In this document: in pieces, positions 50,886-59,954 of the stretch
Layout of the letters: each line of letters opens with the position of its first letter
Numbering within the stretch: the first letter of the stretch is position 1
From: a candidate division WS6 bacterium OLB20
GTDB taxonomy: Bacteria; Patescibacteriota; Dojkabacteria; B142; OLB20
NCBI GenBank assembly: GCA_001567355.1
Contig: JYNZ01000005.1
Coordinates: 3,981-67,980 of the forward strand
Reading direction: 5' to 3'
DNA: 64,000 nucleotides
Notes under the pieces: generated by a model
The model's input: the letters and a program-made list of their open reading frames with translations, nothing else
What the model was told of the DNA's origin: nothing
The model's database searches: none
Program-made: the position numbers and the translations under genes

Positions 50886-52131
50886 CGGTTAAGACAGCCG
50901 CACGTGCCGCTCCCGAAAGTCCCGAACGCTCAATGGTGGTGATCTTTACTCCGGGTTTATAAATATGTGTTGACCGCGCGCTGATTCTGTCTGTGAATCC
51001 GGGAAGATTATGCGCAACAGAACCGTCAGCAGTAACCTGCAGCGGCTCTGAGAATCCTTTGAATAATGCCGCGCCGGCGAGCTGAAATGCCACAACATCA
51101 GCTGCCCGGTCGCGCAGAAATACCGACAGTTCATGCATATGGTTGCGCCGGTGTTCTGGCAAGGTCAGTTTCTCGGATTCAAACGCTCCCCAGTCCCTGT
51201 TCAGAGCGCTTGTCAGCGCGCCTGTCTGAAGCGTGCTGATCGCATTAATTGTCTCATGGTCACAGTCTCCGATCATACACAAACCCATGATCAGAAGCTG
51301 ATACAGATATTTGCCGCCTACCTGAAGTTCTGACGGCTTGCGCAGCTGGATATTTGTTTTGGGATCGACATCAAGCTTCAGCAGTCTGCGTTCGATATCG
51401 TTGGTAAAAGCAGTCAAAAGTGCAGGATTATGCTCGCTGAGAAGCGGTGAACTGTAAAAACCGGCTTCAGTATTATAGAGATCACCTTCTGCATCGGTAA
51501 CGCCAATATTGTAACCTGTTCCCGCGATAAATGATGCGTGGACTCCAGGGCGGGCAAGCATCAGCGCACTGACATCATTGAGTGTTACCCAGCGCCGTGC
51601 CGAGATCCCGATCTTTGAAAATGCTTCACGCATATAGGCAGTGATATTGATATCCGAGTCTGCAATGACAAACCCTTTACCCCATTCCGGTCCAAGGTCG
51701 CTGCGGTCTGCGTCGATATTATCACCTGTCTGGACAATCCTTGCCGGAAATGAGTATACGAGTGCAATGACATCGGGATCATGTCCCTCTACTGCCATGC
51801 GAGCCACGTCTGCAAATCTTGCCGTGTAGTCCGCGACAGTCATAAATCCTCCGGTAAACTCAGCTTCTTGGGGCGAAACTGTTTCGTGCAGATCCTGATC
51901 AAACCTGAACATCGTGGCTCGCATGGTGCTGCCGCCGACATCAAGGCACAGGACCGACAGGGGATCACCTGACAGTTCTGACTGTCTGACAAAGGCAGGG
52001 AACATAGGTAACGTACTGTCTCTGCCGGCTGCACCATCACGCGCCTGGGACGCAAAATCATGCGCCAGTTCGTTCATCACATCGACGGGGAGTTCCTTAA
52101 AACCTGGATCAATTACGGGTAATGTGTCCAT
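50872..52131 (-). CDS. hexokinase-family sugar kinase (ASKHA superfamily)
   Basis: LCLDVGGSTMRATMFRF (hexokinase LDLGGTNFRV phosphate-1 motif), VYSFPARIVQ...WGKGF (sugar-binding region), VTLNDVSALMLA and ASFIAGTGYNIGV. The start at M30 (MDTLPVID) was chosen to avoid overlap with 52157..52990. Confidence 0.7.
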   Translation of the reverse strand: MDTLPVIDPGFKELPVDVMNELAHDFASQARDGAAGRDSTLPMFPAFVRQSELSGDPLSVLCLDVGGSTMRATMFRFDQDLHETVSPQEAEFTGGFMTVADYTARFADVARMAVEGHDPDVIALVYSFPARIVQTGDNIDADRSDLGPEWGKGFVIADSDINITAYMREAFSKIGISARRWVTLNDVSALMLARPGVHASFIAGTGYNIGVTDAEGDLYNTEAGFYSSPLLSEHNPALLTAFTNDIERRLLKLDVDPKTNIQLRKPSELQVGGKYLYQLLIMGLCMIGDCDHETINAISTLQTGALTSALNRDWGAFESEKLTLPEHRRNHMHELSVFLRDRAADVVAFQLAGAALFKGFSEPLQVTADGSVAHNLPGFTDRISARSTHIYKPGVKITTIERSGLSGAARAAVLTASGR

Positions 52132-52156
52132 GGACAATTGTAGCTTTTGAATTTGT

Positions 52157-52990
52157 TTATAACAAGAAGAAGTGAACCTGCTCCGGCGAAAGCTCTGATA
52201 GCGTCTCGGATGTGTCAAAGTTTACGGTAAGGGTATAACCGTCAGGGCTTCCGGCACGTTCTGGATCCTTCTTCAGTGTGCCTGATCCGACATAATACAG
52301 ATCAGGCTGTGAGGGATCCGGGATCACCTGTGCAAAAACAGGCCGGTTTTCTGCAGCTGCGCTCTGCATCGAGGGGATAAGCTGCGAAAAGGCGAATACG
52401 GTAGATGACCCTGACTCTTCTGTGCTGACAAGACTGGCGTTTTCTGCTGATACGGATATCGATACATCCTGGGCGGCAATAGTAATGTCGCCAGCACCAT
52501 CCCCTACACTTACGAGCTGCGGTCTGATATATATCTTACGGTCAGGGTAAAAGGCCCAGACCGTATTGGCCCTGAGCAGTTCCTCTTCAGAAACTGTACC
52601 CTGCGATCCTATCCCTGCCGTAGACAGGCCTGCCAGCGACGGGAAACTGCCGGACTTCTGTGCTGTTACAAGAACCTTTGCAACGCAGGTGTTACAACCC
52701 TCTTCAGCATCATCCTTTACACCGTCGCTGTTTTTGTCATAAAAGACAACCGCTGTCCGGTCTGTTGCACCCATGACTGCAGCAGGAGCATCCTGCTGGT
52801 CGTCAGATGTCTGTCCCTCTGCCGGAAGCTCGTCAGGCACTTCTACACCCTGCTCCTGCTGCTGAATCTCATCAGACTGATTAATCTTTCTTACCTGGCC
52901 AAGATTTACACTTACTGCTGCAACTATCAGCAGCACCAGCGCTGCAACTGTTTTCTGAAACGAAGATAACGAAGAAAGCCGTTCTTTCAT
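52157..52990 (-). CDS. secreted hypothetical protein
   Basis: 277 aa with an N-terminal signal/TM (VAALVLLIVAAVSVNL) and no recognisable domain. Confidence 0.45.
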   Translation of the reverse strand: MKERLSSLSSFQKTVAALVLLIVAAVSVNLGQVRKINQSDEIQQQEQGVEVPDELPAEGQTSDDQQDAPAAVMGATDRTAVVFYDKNSDGVKDDAEEGCNTCVAKVLVTAQKSGSFPSLAGLSTAGIGSQGTVSEEELLRANTVWAFYPDRKIYIRPQLVSVGDGAGDITIAAQDVSISVSAENASLVSTEESGSSTVFAFSQLIPSMQSAAAENRPVFAQVIPDPSQPDLYYVGSGTLKKDPERAGSPDGYTLTVNFDTSETLSELSPEQVHFFLL

Positions 52991-53088
52991 AATATTTGTA
53001 CTACATCACAATGATTAAATCGCAGGGGCGGACTAGAATGCTACCGTAACTCACACGAAACTGCCTGCTTAGTTTAGCAGAAGTTGTT

Positions 53089-53763
53089 ATGTATTCACTA
53101 CTTATCGTCGAGGATGATGCGCGATTGTCTGCATGTATCTCTGAGTACCTGCACGGATATCAGGTATTTACAGAATCGACTGTCAAAGGTGGTATCCGGG
53201 TTGCCCGTAACCGCCAGGTCGATGCTGTCCTGCTCGATCTTCAGCTCGGGACTGAAAACGGACTGTCGCTGCTCAAACATCTCAGGTCTGATCTCATTGA
53301 GACACCTGTACTCATCCTGACATCTGATGAGACAACAGACACAGTATGCACTGCCATGCAGCTTGGTGCGGATGGATATATGACGAAACCATTCAGCATG
53401 CGCGAGCTTAAGGCTCGAATTGATGCACTTCTTAACCGGCCTCCACTCACACGCAAAGATATCATTGCGGTTCACGATCTTGTTCTTGACTGTAATAACT
53501 GTCAGGTGCGGCGCGGAAGGCAGACTGTAAATCTGCGCAAACGGGAGTTTGAGATTCTCAGTTACCTTGCACGTCATCAGGGCACTATTGTTACGAGACA
53601 GCAGCTGATCAGTAATGTGTGGGACAGCTACAGCGAGCCATATGCAGGAACGATCGATGTTCATATCAGCAACATCCGCAAGCAGCTTCGTTCAACCTTC
53701 GGCACTGACATGATTACGACAGCGCATGGCCTTGGCTACCAGGTACATTCACGAAAAGTGTGA
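53089..53763 (+). CDS. two-component response regulator, OmpR/PhoB family
   Basis: REC domain (LLIVEDD...D55-like LLDLQLG...K105-like MTKPF) plus a winged-helix trans_reg_C domain (...LRKREFEILSYLARHQGTIVTRQQL...). Confidence 0.85.
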   Translation: MYSLLIVEDDARLSACISEYLHGYQVFTESTVKGGIRVARNRQVDAVLLDLQLGTENGLSLLKHLRSDLIETPVLILTSDETTDTVCTAMQLGADGYMTKPFSMRELKARIDALLNRPPLTRKDIIAVHDLVLDCNNCQVRRGRQTVNLRKREFEILSYLARHQGTIVTRQQLISNVWDSYSEPYAGTIDVHISNIRKQLRSTFGTDMITTAHGLGYQVHSRKV

Positions 53764-53796
53764 CAGAAAATAAAAGAGCTGTATAATACCAGCTAT

Positions 53797-54729
53797 ATGC
53801 CGGTTTCGGAATTTGAAAAAAAACTGCGCAAGTATGCTGTCTACTCTCCCGAGCGGATAGAAGAGGCACCCATTGAAGACATCTTTGCAGGCCACGAGTT
53901 TAAACCGCTCAGCCAGGGTCTGCAGGCTCGAGCCTTTCGCATGCTCGGAACAGAATGGGTGGTCAAGGAGGGGCGCTGGGATCTTGATCTGTCATTCCTG
54001 TTCGGTCAGTCGAACATCCCTATGCCTGCCCTGATGACACAAAAGATAATGCGGATCTTTCAGTTTCAGTTTCTGCCCGATCTGAAGGAAATACAGCATC
54101 AGTACCGTATGTATATGAACTTTGTCCGCTACTTCGGATACTTCCGCAAAGACGATTATTACTATCACCCCAACCGTGACCTGATCTTCTCCTCACAACG
54201 TACAATCCGGGACTCGCTGCTCCTGTACCGACCTGAGATAGAAAAATATTATGATCTGAAGTTTCCGGATAAAATTGAGGAGATCCTGACATCCAGGCTC
54301 AAATATCATAATTTTCTTCCCAAAGAATATCTGCTCTACGGTCCGTCGATCTCGCCTGAAAACAAAGGCAGAATGACTTACTTTATAGTGCAGGACTTTA
54401 TCAAGGGACGACTGCTGCACGATCTTGAAGATGACGATTTTTCAGAGGATGTGATCTATCAGCTCATCATCATGATCTACCTGATACTTCTCATGCGCAT
54501 CCATGAACATCTGCTTCCTGACACCAGACCGCGCTACCCTGTTAAAGAGGCAAGTGACTGGGTTATGAAGACAGACAATATCATAGTCTCAAAGAAGCGG
54601 GTCACGTTTATTGATACACGCTGGTTCTGGGATATGCGTGACAACTGGGTCAAGCGTGGCGGAATAATCCCGGGCCAGATTATCCGGCTCTCCAAATTCT
54701 ATTTACAGCATCTACTTGATCATGTCTGA
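53797..54729 (+). CDS. hypothetical protein with protein-kinase-like fold features
   Basis: 310 aa. Kinase-like elements are ...WVVKEG (beta3-like), HEHLLPDTRPRY (catalytic-loop-like) and VTFIDTRWF (DFG-like). Its stop overlaps the start of the next gene. Confidence 0.35.
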   Translation: MPVSEFEKKLRKYAVYSPERIEEAPIEDIFAGHEFKPLSQGLQARAFRMLGTEWVVKEGRWDLDLSFLFGQSNIPMPALMTQKIMRIFQFQFLPDLKEIQHQYRMYMNFVRYFGYFRKDDYYYHPNRDLIFSSQRTIRDSLLLYRPEIEKYYDLKFPDKIEEILTSRLKYHNFLPKEYLLYGPSISPENKGRMTYFIVQDFIKGRLLHDLEDDDFSEDVIYQLIIMIYLILLMRIHEHLLPDTRPRYPVKEASDWVMKTDNIIVSKKRVTFIDTRWFWDMRDNWVKRGGIIPGQIIRLSKFYLQHLLDHV

Positions 54730-55276
54730 AGCTCTTCTTCTTGCTATCTGGTTTTTTCTGCCAGCCGGTATTGCCAATACAGTCCCGGTATTTGCGGTTA
54801 AAATCCCTGTACTCAAAAACTTCAATGCGCCGCTCGACTTTGGTATAACGGTTGGCGGAACAAGGCTGCTGGGCAAAAACAAGACTATCCGCGGGCTCGT
54901 ATGCGGGATTATTGTCGGTATCCTGATAGTCTGGATTCAGCAGCAGATCTGGATAGGTAATGAGGCTGTCAGATCAGTTATCCGGCTTGACTACAGCTCG
55001 CTCAGTCCTGTAATCCTTGGAACACTTCTCGCTGCCGGAGCACTCGTTGGCGATGCTGTCGAGAGTTTCTTTAAGCGCAGAAGTGGAATTGAACCTGGCA
55101 GAGCATGGTTTCCATTTGATCAGACCGATTATATTATCGGCGGCATTCTGATGACACTGCCGTACGTGCAGCTCAGTATCCTTGAGTATATGCTCCTGTT
55201 TGTGATCTGGTTTATTCTGCACCCGATCTCTACAGTAGCCGGATATCTGCTTAAACTGAAGGATTCTCCGATCTGA
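54716..55276 (+). CDS. CarS/DUF46-family membrane protein (CDP-archaeol synthase-like, within the CTP-dependent cytidylyltransferase / polyprenol kinase superfamily)
   Basis: 186 aa with 5 TM helices. N-terminus LAIWFFLPAGIANTVPV, LDFG...G.R.LGKNKTIRG and C-terminal ESFFKRRSGIEPG...PFDQTDYIIG resemble CarS as recalled. Confidence 0.5.
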   Translation: MIMSEALLLAIWFFLPAGIANTVPVFAVKIPVLKNFNAPLDFGITVGGTRLLGKNKTIRGLVCGIIVGILIVWIQQQIWIGNEAVRSVIRLDYSSLSPVILGTLLAAGALVGDAVESFFKRRSGIEPGRAWFPFDQTDYIIGGILMTLPYVQLSILEYMLLFVIWFILHPISTVAGYLLKLKDSPI

Positions 55277-55952
55277 CCTTGTAGAACCGTATCAGAAAAC
55301 ACGCCCCCTTTCCTCTGCTGACAGACGTTATCCTGGCACCGAAACGGTCACGCAGCAAATCCTTTGCCAGCGACAACCCCATCCCCCTGTCCATCCCTTT
55401 GCTGCTGATTCCTTTCCGGAACAACCTGCTTTGGATTTTTTCGGGTATACCCGGCCCGTTATCCGTGATTTCTATCTGAAACCATTCTCTGGTTCTGCGT
55501 GTGCGCAACAGGACATATCCCGGATCACTGACGGTCTCAAGCGCCTCGAGGGCATTCTGAATAAGGTTACCGATTATTCTTCTGAACAGCGTAACCTCGC
55601 CCGCAATCATCCTGTCGTCATCATATTCTTCAAGCAGCCTCACGCCACGTGCTCCGGCAAAGGGCCCGTACATCTCGGCAATTGCGTGCAGCTCTGCTGC
55701 GACAGAAAAGACGGTCTCATCAGAATTTCCGTTCAGCATCCTGCGCGTTGCGATGACCATTCTGTTAAGATTGTTGAGATTTAGCGCTGCCGAGTTAAGA
55801 ATGTCTGCAATGTACTGCTGCTGGTCTTCAGTCAGTGTCGAGGATGCGCGATCGAGCTGGTACTGAATCACAGTCAGAGGACTTGTGATATCATGCAGAA
55901 AACCTTTAAACTCGTCCTTAAGGCTGAGCTCAGGGTCTTTGGTCTGTTTCAT
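55251..55952 (-). CDS. cytoplasmic sensor histidine kinase (HisKA + HATPase_c, no TM or sensor domain)
   Basis: H-box FLHDITSPLTV, N-box IGNLIQNALEA, G1 DNGPGIP and G2 GMGLSLAK. Confidence 0.8.
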   Translation of the reverse strand: MKQTKDPELSLKDEFKGFLHDITSPLTVIQYQLDRASSTLTEDQQQYIADILNSAALNLNNLNRMVIATRRMLNGNSDETVFSVAAELHAIAEMYGPFAGARGVRLLEEYDDDRMIAGEVTLFRRIIGNLIQNALEALETVSDPGYVLLRTRRTREWFQIEITDNGPGIPEKIQSRLFRKGISSKGMDRGMGLSLAKDLLRDRFGARITSVSRGKGACFLIRFYKVRSENPSV

Positions 55953-56029
55953 GGTTTATGTAATAACTGCTATTCAGGCAGTACACTGAGAATAGCGTGT
56001 CTCTCAATTCTGCGCATTGTGCCGGAATA

Positions 56030-56066
56030 CAAATATGGAATAAATCGTGTCCTGTTGCTATAATTG
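56030..56066 (+). promoter_or_regulatory. candidate promoter for tRNA-Arg (TATAAT at 56061-56066)
   Basis: TTGCTATAAT lies 37 nt upstream of the tRNA 5' end; no clear -35. Confidence 0.25.
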
Positions 56067-56102
56067 GCTTCTGCCAGAACGTCTCCGGCAGCAGATTTTT
56101 AT

Positions 56103-56175
56103 GCGCTGATAGCTCAATGGATAGAGCAACTGCCTTCTAAGCAGTAGGTTGAAGGTTCGAGTCCTTCTCAGCGCA
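56103..56175 (+). tRNA. tRNA-Arg (TCT), CCA not encoded
   Basis: Acceptor GCGCTGA/TCAGCGC, anticodon stem ACTGC/GCAGT with loop CTTCTAA, T-arm GAAGG-TTCGAGT-CCTTC. Confidence 0.85.
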
Positions 56176-56256
56176 GATCTTCCGGTATCTGCATTATCTC
56201 CGTTTATGTTGACATGGTGCGTCGCAACACTTACGCTGGAGGTGTATCAGAACATA

Positions 56257-57189
56257 ACCATGAGAAAGATTCCTGTTCTTCTGACAGTCACAGTTCTGCT
56301 GTTGTCTGCTCCTCTCAGCACATCTGCTGCAATCAGTTTTGACATGAGCCCTGAGCATGCTGTTTTCCGGACCGGTGTTACTACCGGCTCGGTATTCGCG
56401 ACTGGAACCGGTGCGGACAATGACAACTTTGCGACATACAGCCCCGACGGCAGCATTTTTGCCTTTGACCTGATGCCGCAGGATGAGCCGCGAAGCGGAG
56501 TCGTTGCAGGTGCTGCAGATGACAAGGACCTGATCCTGAAGTTTGCAGAGGTCAATCTCCCGCTTTACAAACAGGATTACTACTGGGGTAAATACCTGAA
56601 CGGAGCCGCTGGTGCAAAAGAGCTGAATAAAATGCCGGTTCTCAGGCCGGGCGACAGAATAAGCGTTATCAGGGATGGCTACCTTACTCTCAGCCCGAAA
56701 AGCGGATATGTCCGACCGACCAACGGCTACTATTACGGGTCGGGTCTGTGCTGGAGCACAAGCGCTCTCGGTCAGATGATGGATTACGCAAATACAGAAT
56801 TTCGCAAAAAATTCGGTATTGATCTGTTTGTCTTCAGCGGACGTGACAGAGCTCCACACGGAACATGGTACAAGTCCTACGAACACAGCAACAGAGGCTA
56901 CGGATACACGGTAATCAAAATCAGCTCCGGAGGTGGTCAGGACTATTCGTTCACCGTTAATCCTGCAATCAGCAGCCTGCCAAACATGAATGACTTCAAG
57001 CTCAAGATTGTGATGACCTACCGGACCGACTTTCCGGGAGCCTACTTTGGTCAGTCTATCGGAGGCTATATAATGACCAACAAAGACCTGCGCCTGGTCA
57101 GCTACACAAACCCGAGAATCTTTCTTGAGGAAGTGAAGCTGAATTACACAGATCACTTCCGATCGTTCCGTCGCAGCCACAACGAATGA
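56257..57189 (+). CDS. secreted hypothetical protein
   Basis: Signal peptide MRKIPVLLTVTVLLLSAPLSTSAA. The start was moved to M37 of the ORF tool call because the tool start overlaps the tRNA. No recognisable domain. Confidence 0.45.
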   Translation, partial: TMRKIPVLLTVTVLLLSAPLSTSAAISFDMSPEHAVFRTGVTTGSVFATGTGADNDNFATYSPDGSIFAFDLMPQDEPRSGVVAGAADDKDLILKFAEVNLPLYKQDYYWGKYLNGAAGAKELNKMPVLRPGDRISVIRDGYLTLSPKSGYVRPTNGYYYGSGLCWSTSALGQMMDYANTEFRKKFGIDLFVFSGRDRAPHGTWYKSYEHSNRGYGYTVIKISSGGGQDYSFTVNPAISSLPNMNDFKLKIVMTYRTDFPGAYFGQSIGGYIMTNKDLRLVSYTNPRIFLEEVKLNYTDHFRSFRRSHNE

Positions 57190-57196
57190 TTTCACA

Positions 57197-57940
57197 ATGC
57201 GCAACCGCAGAAAAACAATTCTGACAGTTTCTGCGTTCCTGATGATTGGATTGATTGCAGTAATCGTTTTCATCATTGCACGCCCGTATCGTGCGGATGA
57301 CGGTGCACGCTCTGCGCTGGCAGGAGATGGCAAGGTTGTCGTCAACGATTTTGCCGGTTTTATCCGCTTTGCACCGGCTGAAACCAAAGATCTGACAGGC
57401 ATTATCATTTATCCTGGAGGACTTGTAGAAGCTGAGAGTTACGCGCCGCTTGCCTACGAACTGGCACTGGATGGCTATACCACATTTATCGTGCGTATGC
57501 CGTTTAACCTGGCAGTACTGGATCCAGGTAAGGCGGATCAGGTGATTGCTGCCAATCCTCAGTTCGACACATGGATCGTAGGCGGACATTCTCTTGGTGG
57601 CGCAATGGCAGCCCAGTTTGCTGATAACAATACAGAGGTTGACGGACTGTTTCTGCTGGCAGCCTATCCTCCAGACAGCACAGATCTGAGAGACGAGCCA
57701 TATCCTGCAGTCAGTATCTACGGAAGCAGCGATACTGTTCTCAACCGTGACGCTGTGTCCAAATCAAACCTGCCTGCTGAAAATGAAATTATCGTGATCG
57801 AAGGCGGCAACCATGCTCAGTTTGGCTCCTACGGTGCACAGGCCGGCGACAGCCCCCCTTCTGTAAGTGTAACGGAGCAGATCAGCAGAACAGTATCAGC
57901 GATCGAAACCTACCTGCTTGCAGCTCCTTTGCAGCAGTAA
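57197..57940 (+). CDS. alpha/beta-hydrolase fold protein, membrane anchored
   Basis: N-terminal TM helix and nucleophile elbow GHSLGG. Confidence 0.6.
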   Translation: MRNRRKTILTVSAFLMIGLIAVIVFIIARPYRADDGARSALAGDGKVVVNDFAGFIRFAPAETKDLTGIIIYPGGLVEAESYAPLAYELALDGYTTFIVRMPFNLAVLDPGKADQVIAANPQFDTWIVGGHSLGGAMAAQFADNNTEVDGLFLLAAYPPDSTDLRDEPYPAVSIYGSSDTVLNRDAVSKSNLPAENEIIVIEGGNHAQFGSYGAQAGDSPPSVSVTEQISRTVSAIETYLLAAPLQQ

Positions 57941-58019
57941 ACAGCCAGCCTTTACAAAACGTCTTGCCCAATTTCAGGTGTGGTGATAAAGTCTACTTAG
58001 TTTATGTACTTAGTGGACT

Positions 58020-58760
58020 ATGGACGATTCAATACTCATTTTTGTCATTGTTGGTTTTATTGCACAGATGATAGACGGAGCACTGGGCATGGCTTACGGA
58101 GTAAGCTCCACAAGTTTCATGCTTGCAACAGGAGTGCCTCCTGTTACTGCCAGTGCAAGTGTGCATGCTGCCGAGGTCTTCACGACTTTTGTTTCGGGTA
58201 CGTCGCACTTTAAACTAGGTAATGTAAACAGGGAGCTGCTTGTGAGACTTGCAATCCCCGGATCGATTGGTGGCGTCCTTGGAGCATTGGTGCTGACGTC
58301 CGTACCAGCCGAGACAATAAAGCCCGTCATAGCTATGTATCTGTTCTGTATGGGGCTGTACATAGTCTGGCGTGCATTGCATTACCGGGAACGCAACACC
58401 CGCATACACCGGATCAGGCACGTCGCACCGCTCGGCTTTGCAGGAGGTATGCTTGATGCGACAGGGGGCGGCGGCTGGGGACCCGTTGTGACATCAACAC
58501 TGCTTGCAGGAGGTAATGCTCCGGCTGAGACCATTGGCTCGGTAAGTGCTTCTGAATTTTTTGTTACGCTTGTACAGTCTGCAGCATTCTTTCTGCTGAT
58601 CGGCAGCGTTCCTTTTCATGCAGTCGCGGGTCTGATAATTGGCGGTGTAATCGCAGCCCCGTTTGCCGCTTTGCTGGTAAAACGAGCGAAACCTCGCAGG
58701 CTTATGTTTATCGTGGGCATTCTGATCTGTGTGCTGCAGATACGGACACTAATGATTTAA
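58020..58760 (+). CDS. TauE/SafE-family sulfite/anion exporter
   Basis: 246 aa, about 7 TM helices, and a duplicated 4-TM architecture with the GGG-rich motif ATGGGGWGPVV. Confidence 0.65.
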   Translation: MDDSILIFVIVGFIAQMIDGALGMAYGVSSTSFMLATGVPPVTASASVHAAEVFTTFVSGTSHFKLGNVNRELLVRLAIPGSIGGVLGALVLTSVPAETIKPVIAMYLFCMGLYIVWRALHYRERNTRIHRIRHVAPLGFAGGMLDATGGGGWGPVVTSTLLAGGNAPAETIGSVSASEFFVTLVQSAAFFLLIGSVPFHAVAGLIIGGVIAAPFAALLVKRAKPRRLMFIVGILICVLQIRTLMI

Positions 58761-58765
58761 CCGAT

Positions 58766-59344
58766 CTAGGTGCTGCAGATAACTGCCACCTGCAGTTCAA
58801 AACTGGCATTATCGAGATGCCTGGCTGCGCAGTTCCAGAGGTTACCGGTCGGATAACTTTGAGTAATCATCACACGTGAGGGATCAGTATTGTTGCCGCG
58901 GCATCCGCCTCCAAGTGGCCGGGGTCGTTCTGCCGGACAGACAGCGGTTACCGAGATCTTGCCTGATCCGCTGTCAGAGTTGTAGTAAACTTCGGGCGAG
59001 ATTGCAGATGGTCCCGTCTCACCTGTGTCACCCTTGTCTCCTTTTACACCCTGTTCGCCTTGCAGCTCGTTTGCGTAGTTAGTAAACAGGTACTTTGACA
59101 CATCCGCAACAAGCTTGTCACCTGCCTCCGCTGGCGTATCATCGGGGAGAACGGCTTCCGGATCAGGCTCATCTTCAGGTACAATTGCGTTCCAGCTGTC
59201 ATTTTCAAGCTCCGCTATACGCTGCTCCAGAAAACGTACATGGTCGCGGGTCTGAAGCGACATAATCAGCGCTGCTGCAAGAAACAGCCCGATAACAATG
59301 AGAACGGTGGTGACAATTGTCCAGCGCAACAGCTTTCTTTTCAT
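58766..59344 (-). CDS. membrane-anchored protein with short collagen-like GXY repeat and Cys-containing C-terminal domain
   Basis: N-terminal TM, coiled-coil segment, GEQGVKGDKGDTGETGPS (6 GXY triplets). Confidence 0.45.
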   Translation of the reverse strand: MKRKLLRWTIVTTVLIVIGLFLAAALIMSLQTRDHVRFLEQRIAELENDSWNAIVPEDEPDPEAVLPDDTPAEAGDKLVADVSKYLFTNYANELQGEQGVKGDKGDTGETGPSAISPEVYYNSDSGSGKISVTAVCPAERPRPLGGGCRGNNTDPSRVMITQSYPTGNLWNCAARHLDNASFELQVAVICST

Positions 59345-59453
59345 GGGAATGTGTAACTATTGCCTCAGTGTACAAAGACTATCTCAGCGCGTCCAGAAAA
59401 ACTATTGACGTGACAGTATCGTTCAGACAAAATGTACCTGTACTACGTAATAC

Positions 59454-59954
59454 ATGTCTGAACATTCACCTGCACAACTCCTGGATTCCGTACTTGATCA
59501 GATGCTCGAAGGACTGCAGATACTCTCCCCTGACTGGACATATCTATACGTCAACGAGACCGTTGCACAGCAGGCTCATACGACAAAAGAGGAACTGACA
59601 GGCAAAAAATTTACCGAGCTTTATCCTGAAGCTTTAAAAACAGAACTGTTTGCCACAATGGAGCGCGTAATGCAGACTCGTTCAAGTGAGCGTATGGAGA
59701 ATGAGTTCAGTTTTCCGGATGGCAGCAGCGGCTGGTTTCAACTGTTCATTCATCCGTGTGACGAAGGCATCCTGATACTTTCACTTGATATTTCAGAACA
59801 GGTTAAACTGCGGGAGAAGCTGGACGACAGCCTTCAGAAACTTGACACACTGATGGATGCAGCCATCACAAGAGAAAAAAGAATGATCGAGCTGAAAGAA
59901 GTTATCCGGCAGATATGGGAGCAGTTGCGCAATTTCGGTCAGGAGACGGTCTGA
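59454..59954 (+). CDS. stand-alone PAS-domain protein
   Basis: 166 aa with a PAS fold pattern (...DWTYLYVNETVAQQAHTTKEELTGKKFTELYPE...GWFQLFIHPCDEGILILSLDISE). Confidence 0.6.
   Translation: MSEHSPAQLLDSVLDQMLEGLQILSPDWTYLYVNETVAQQAHTTKEELTGKKFTELYPEALKTELFATMERVMQTRSSERMENEFSFPDGSSGWFQLFIHPCDEGILILSLDISEQVKLREKLDDSLQKLDTLMDAAITREKRMIELKEVIRQIWEQLRNFGQETV

Noticed and set aside
52980-53090. Short inverted repeat CTGCTTAGTTTAGCAG upstream of the response-regulator gene as an operator
   Set aside because: The stems are only 4-5 bp and imperfect, which is too weak to call.
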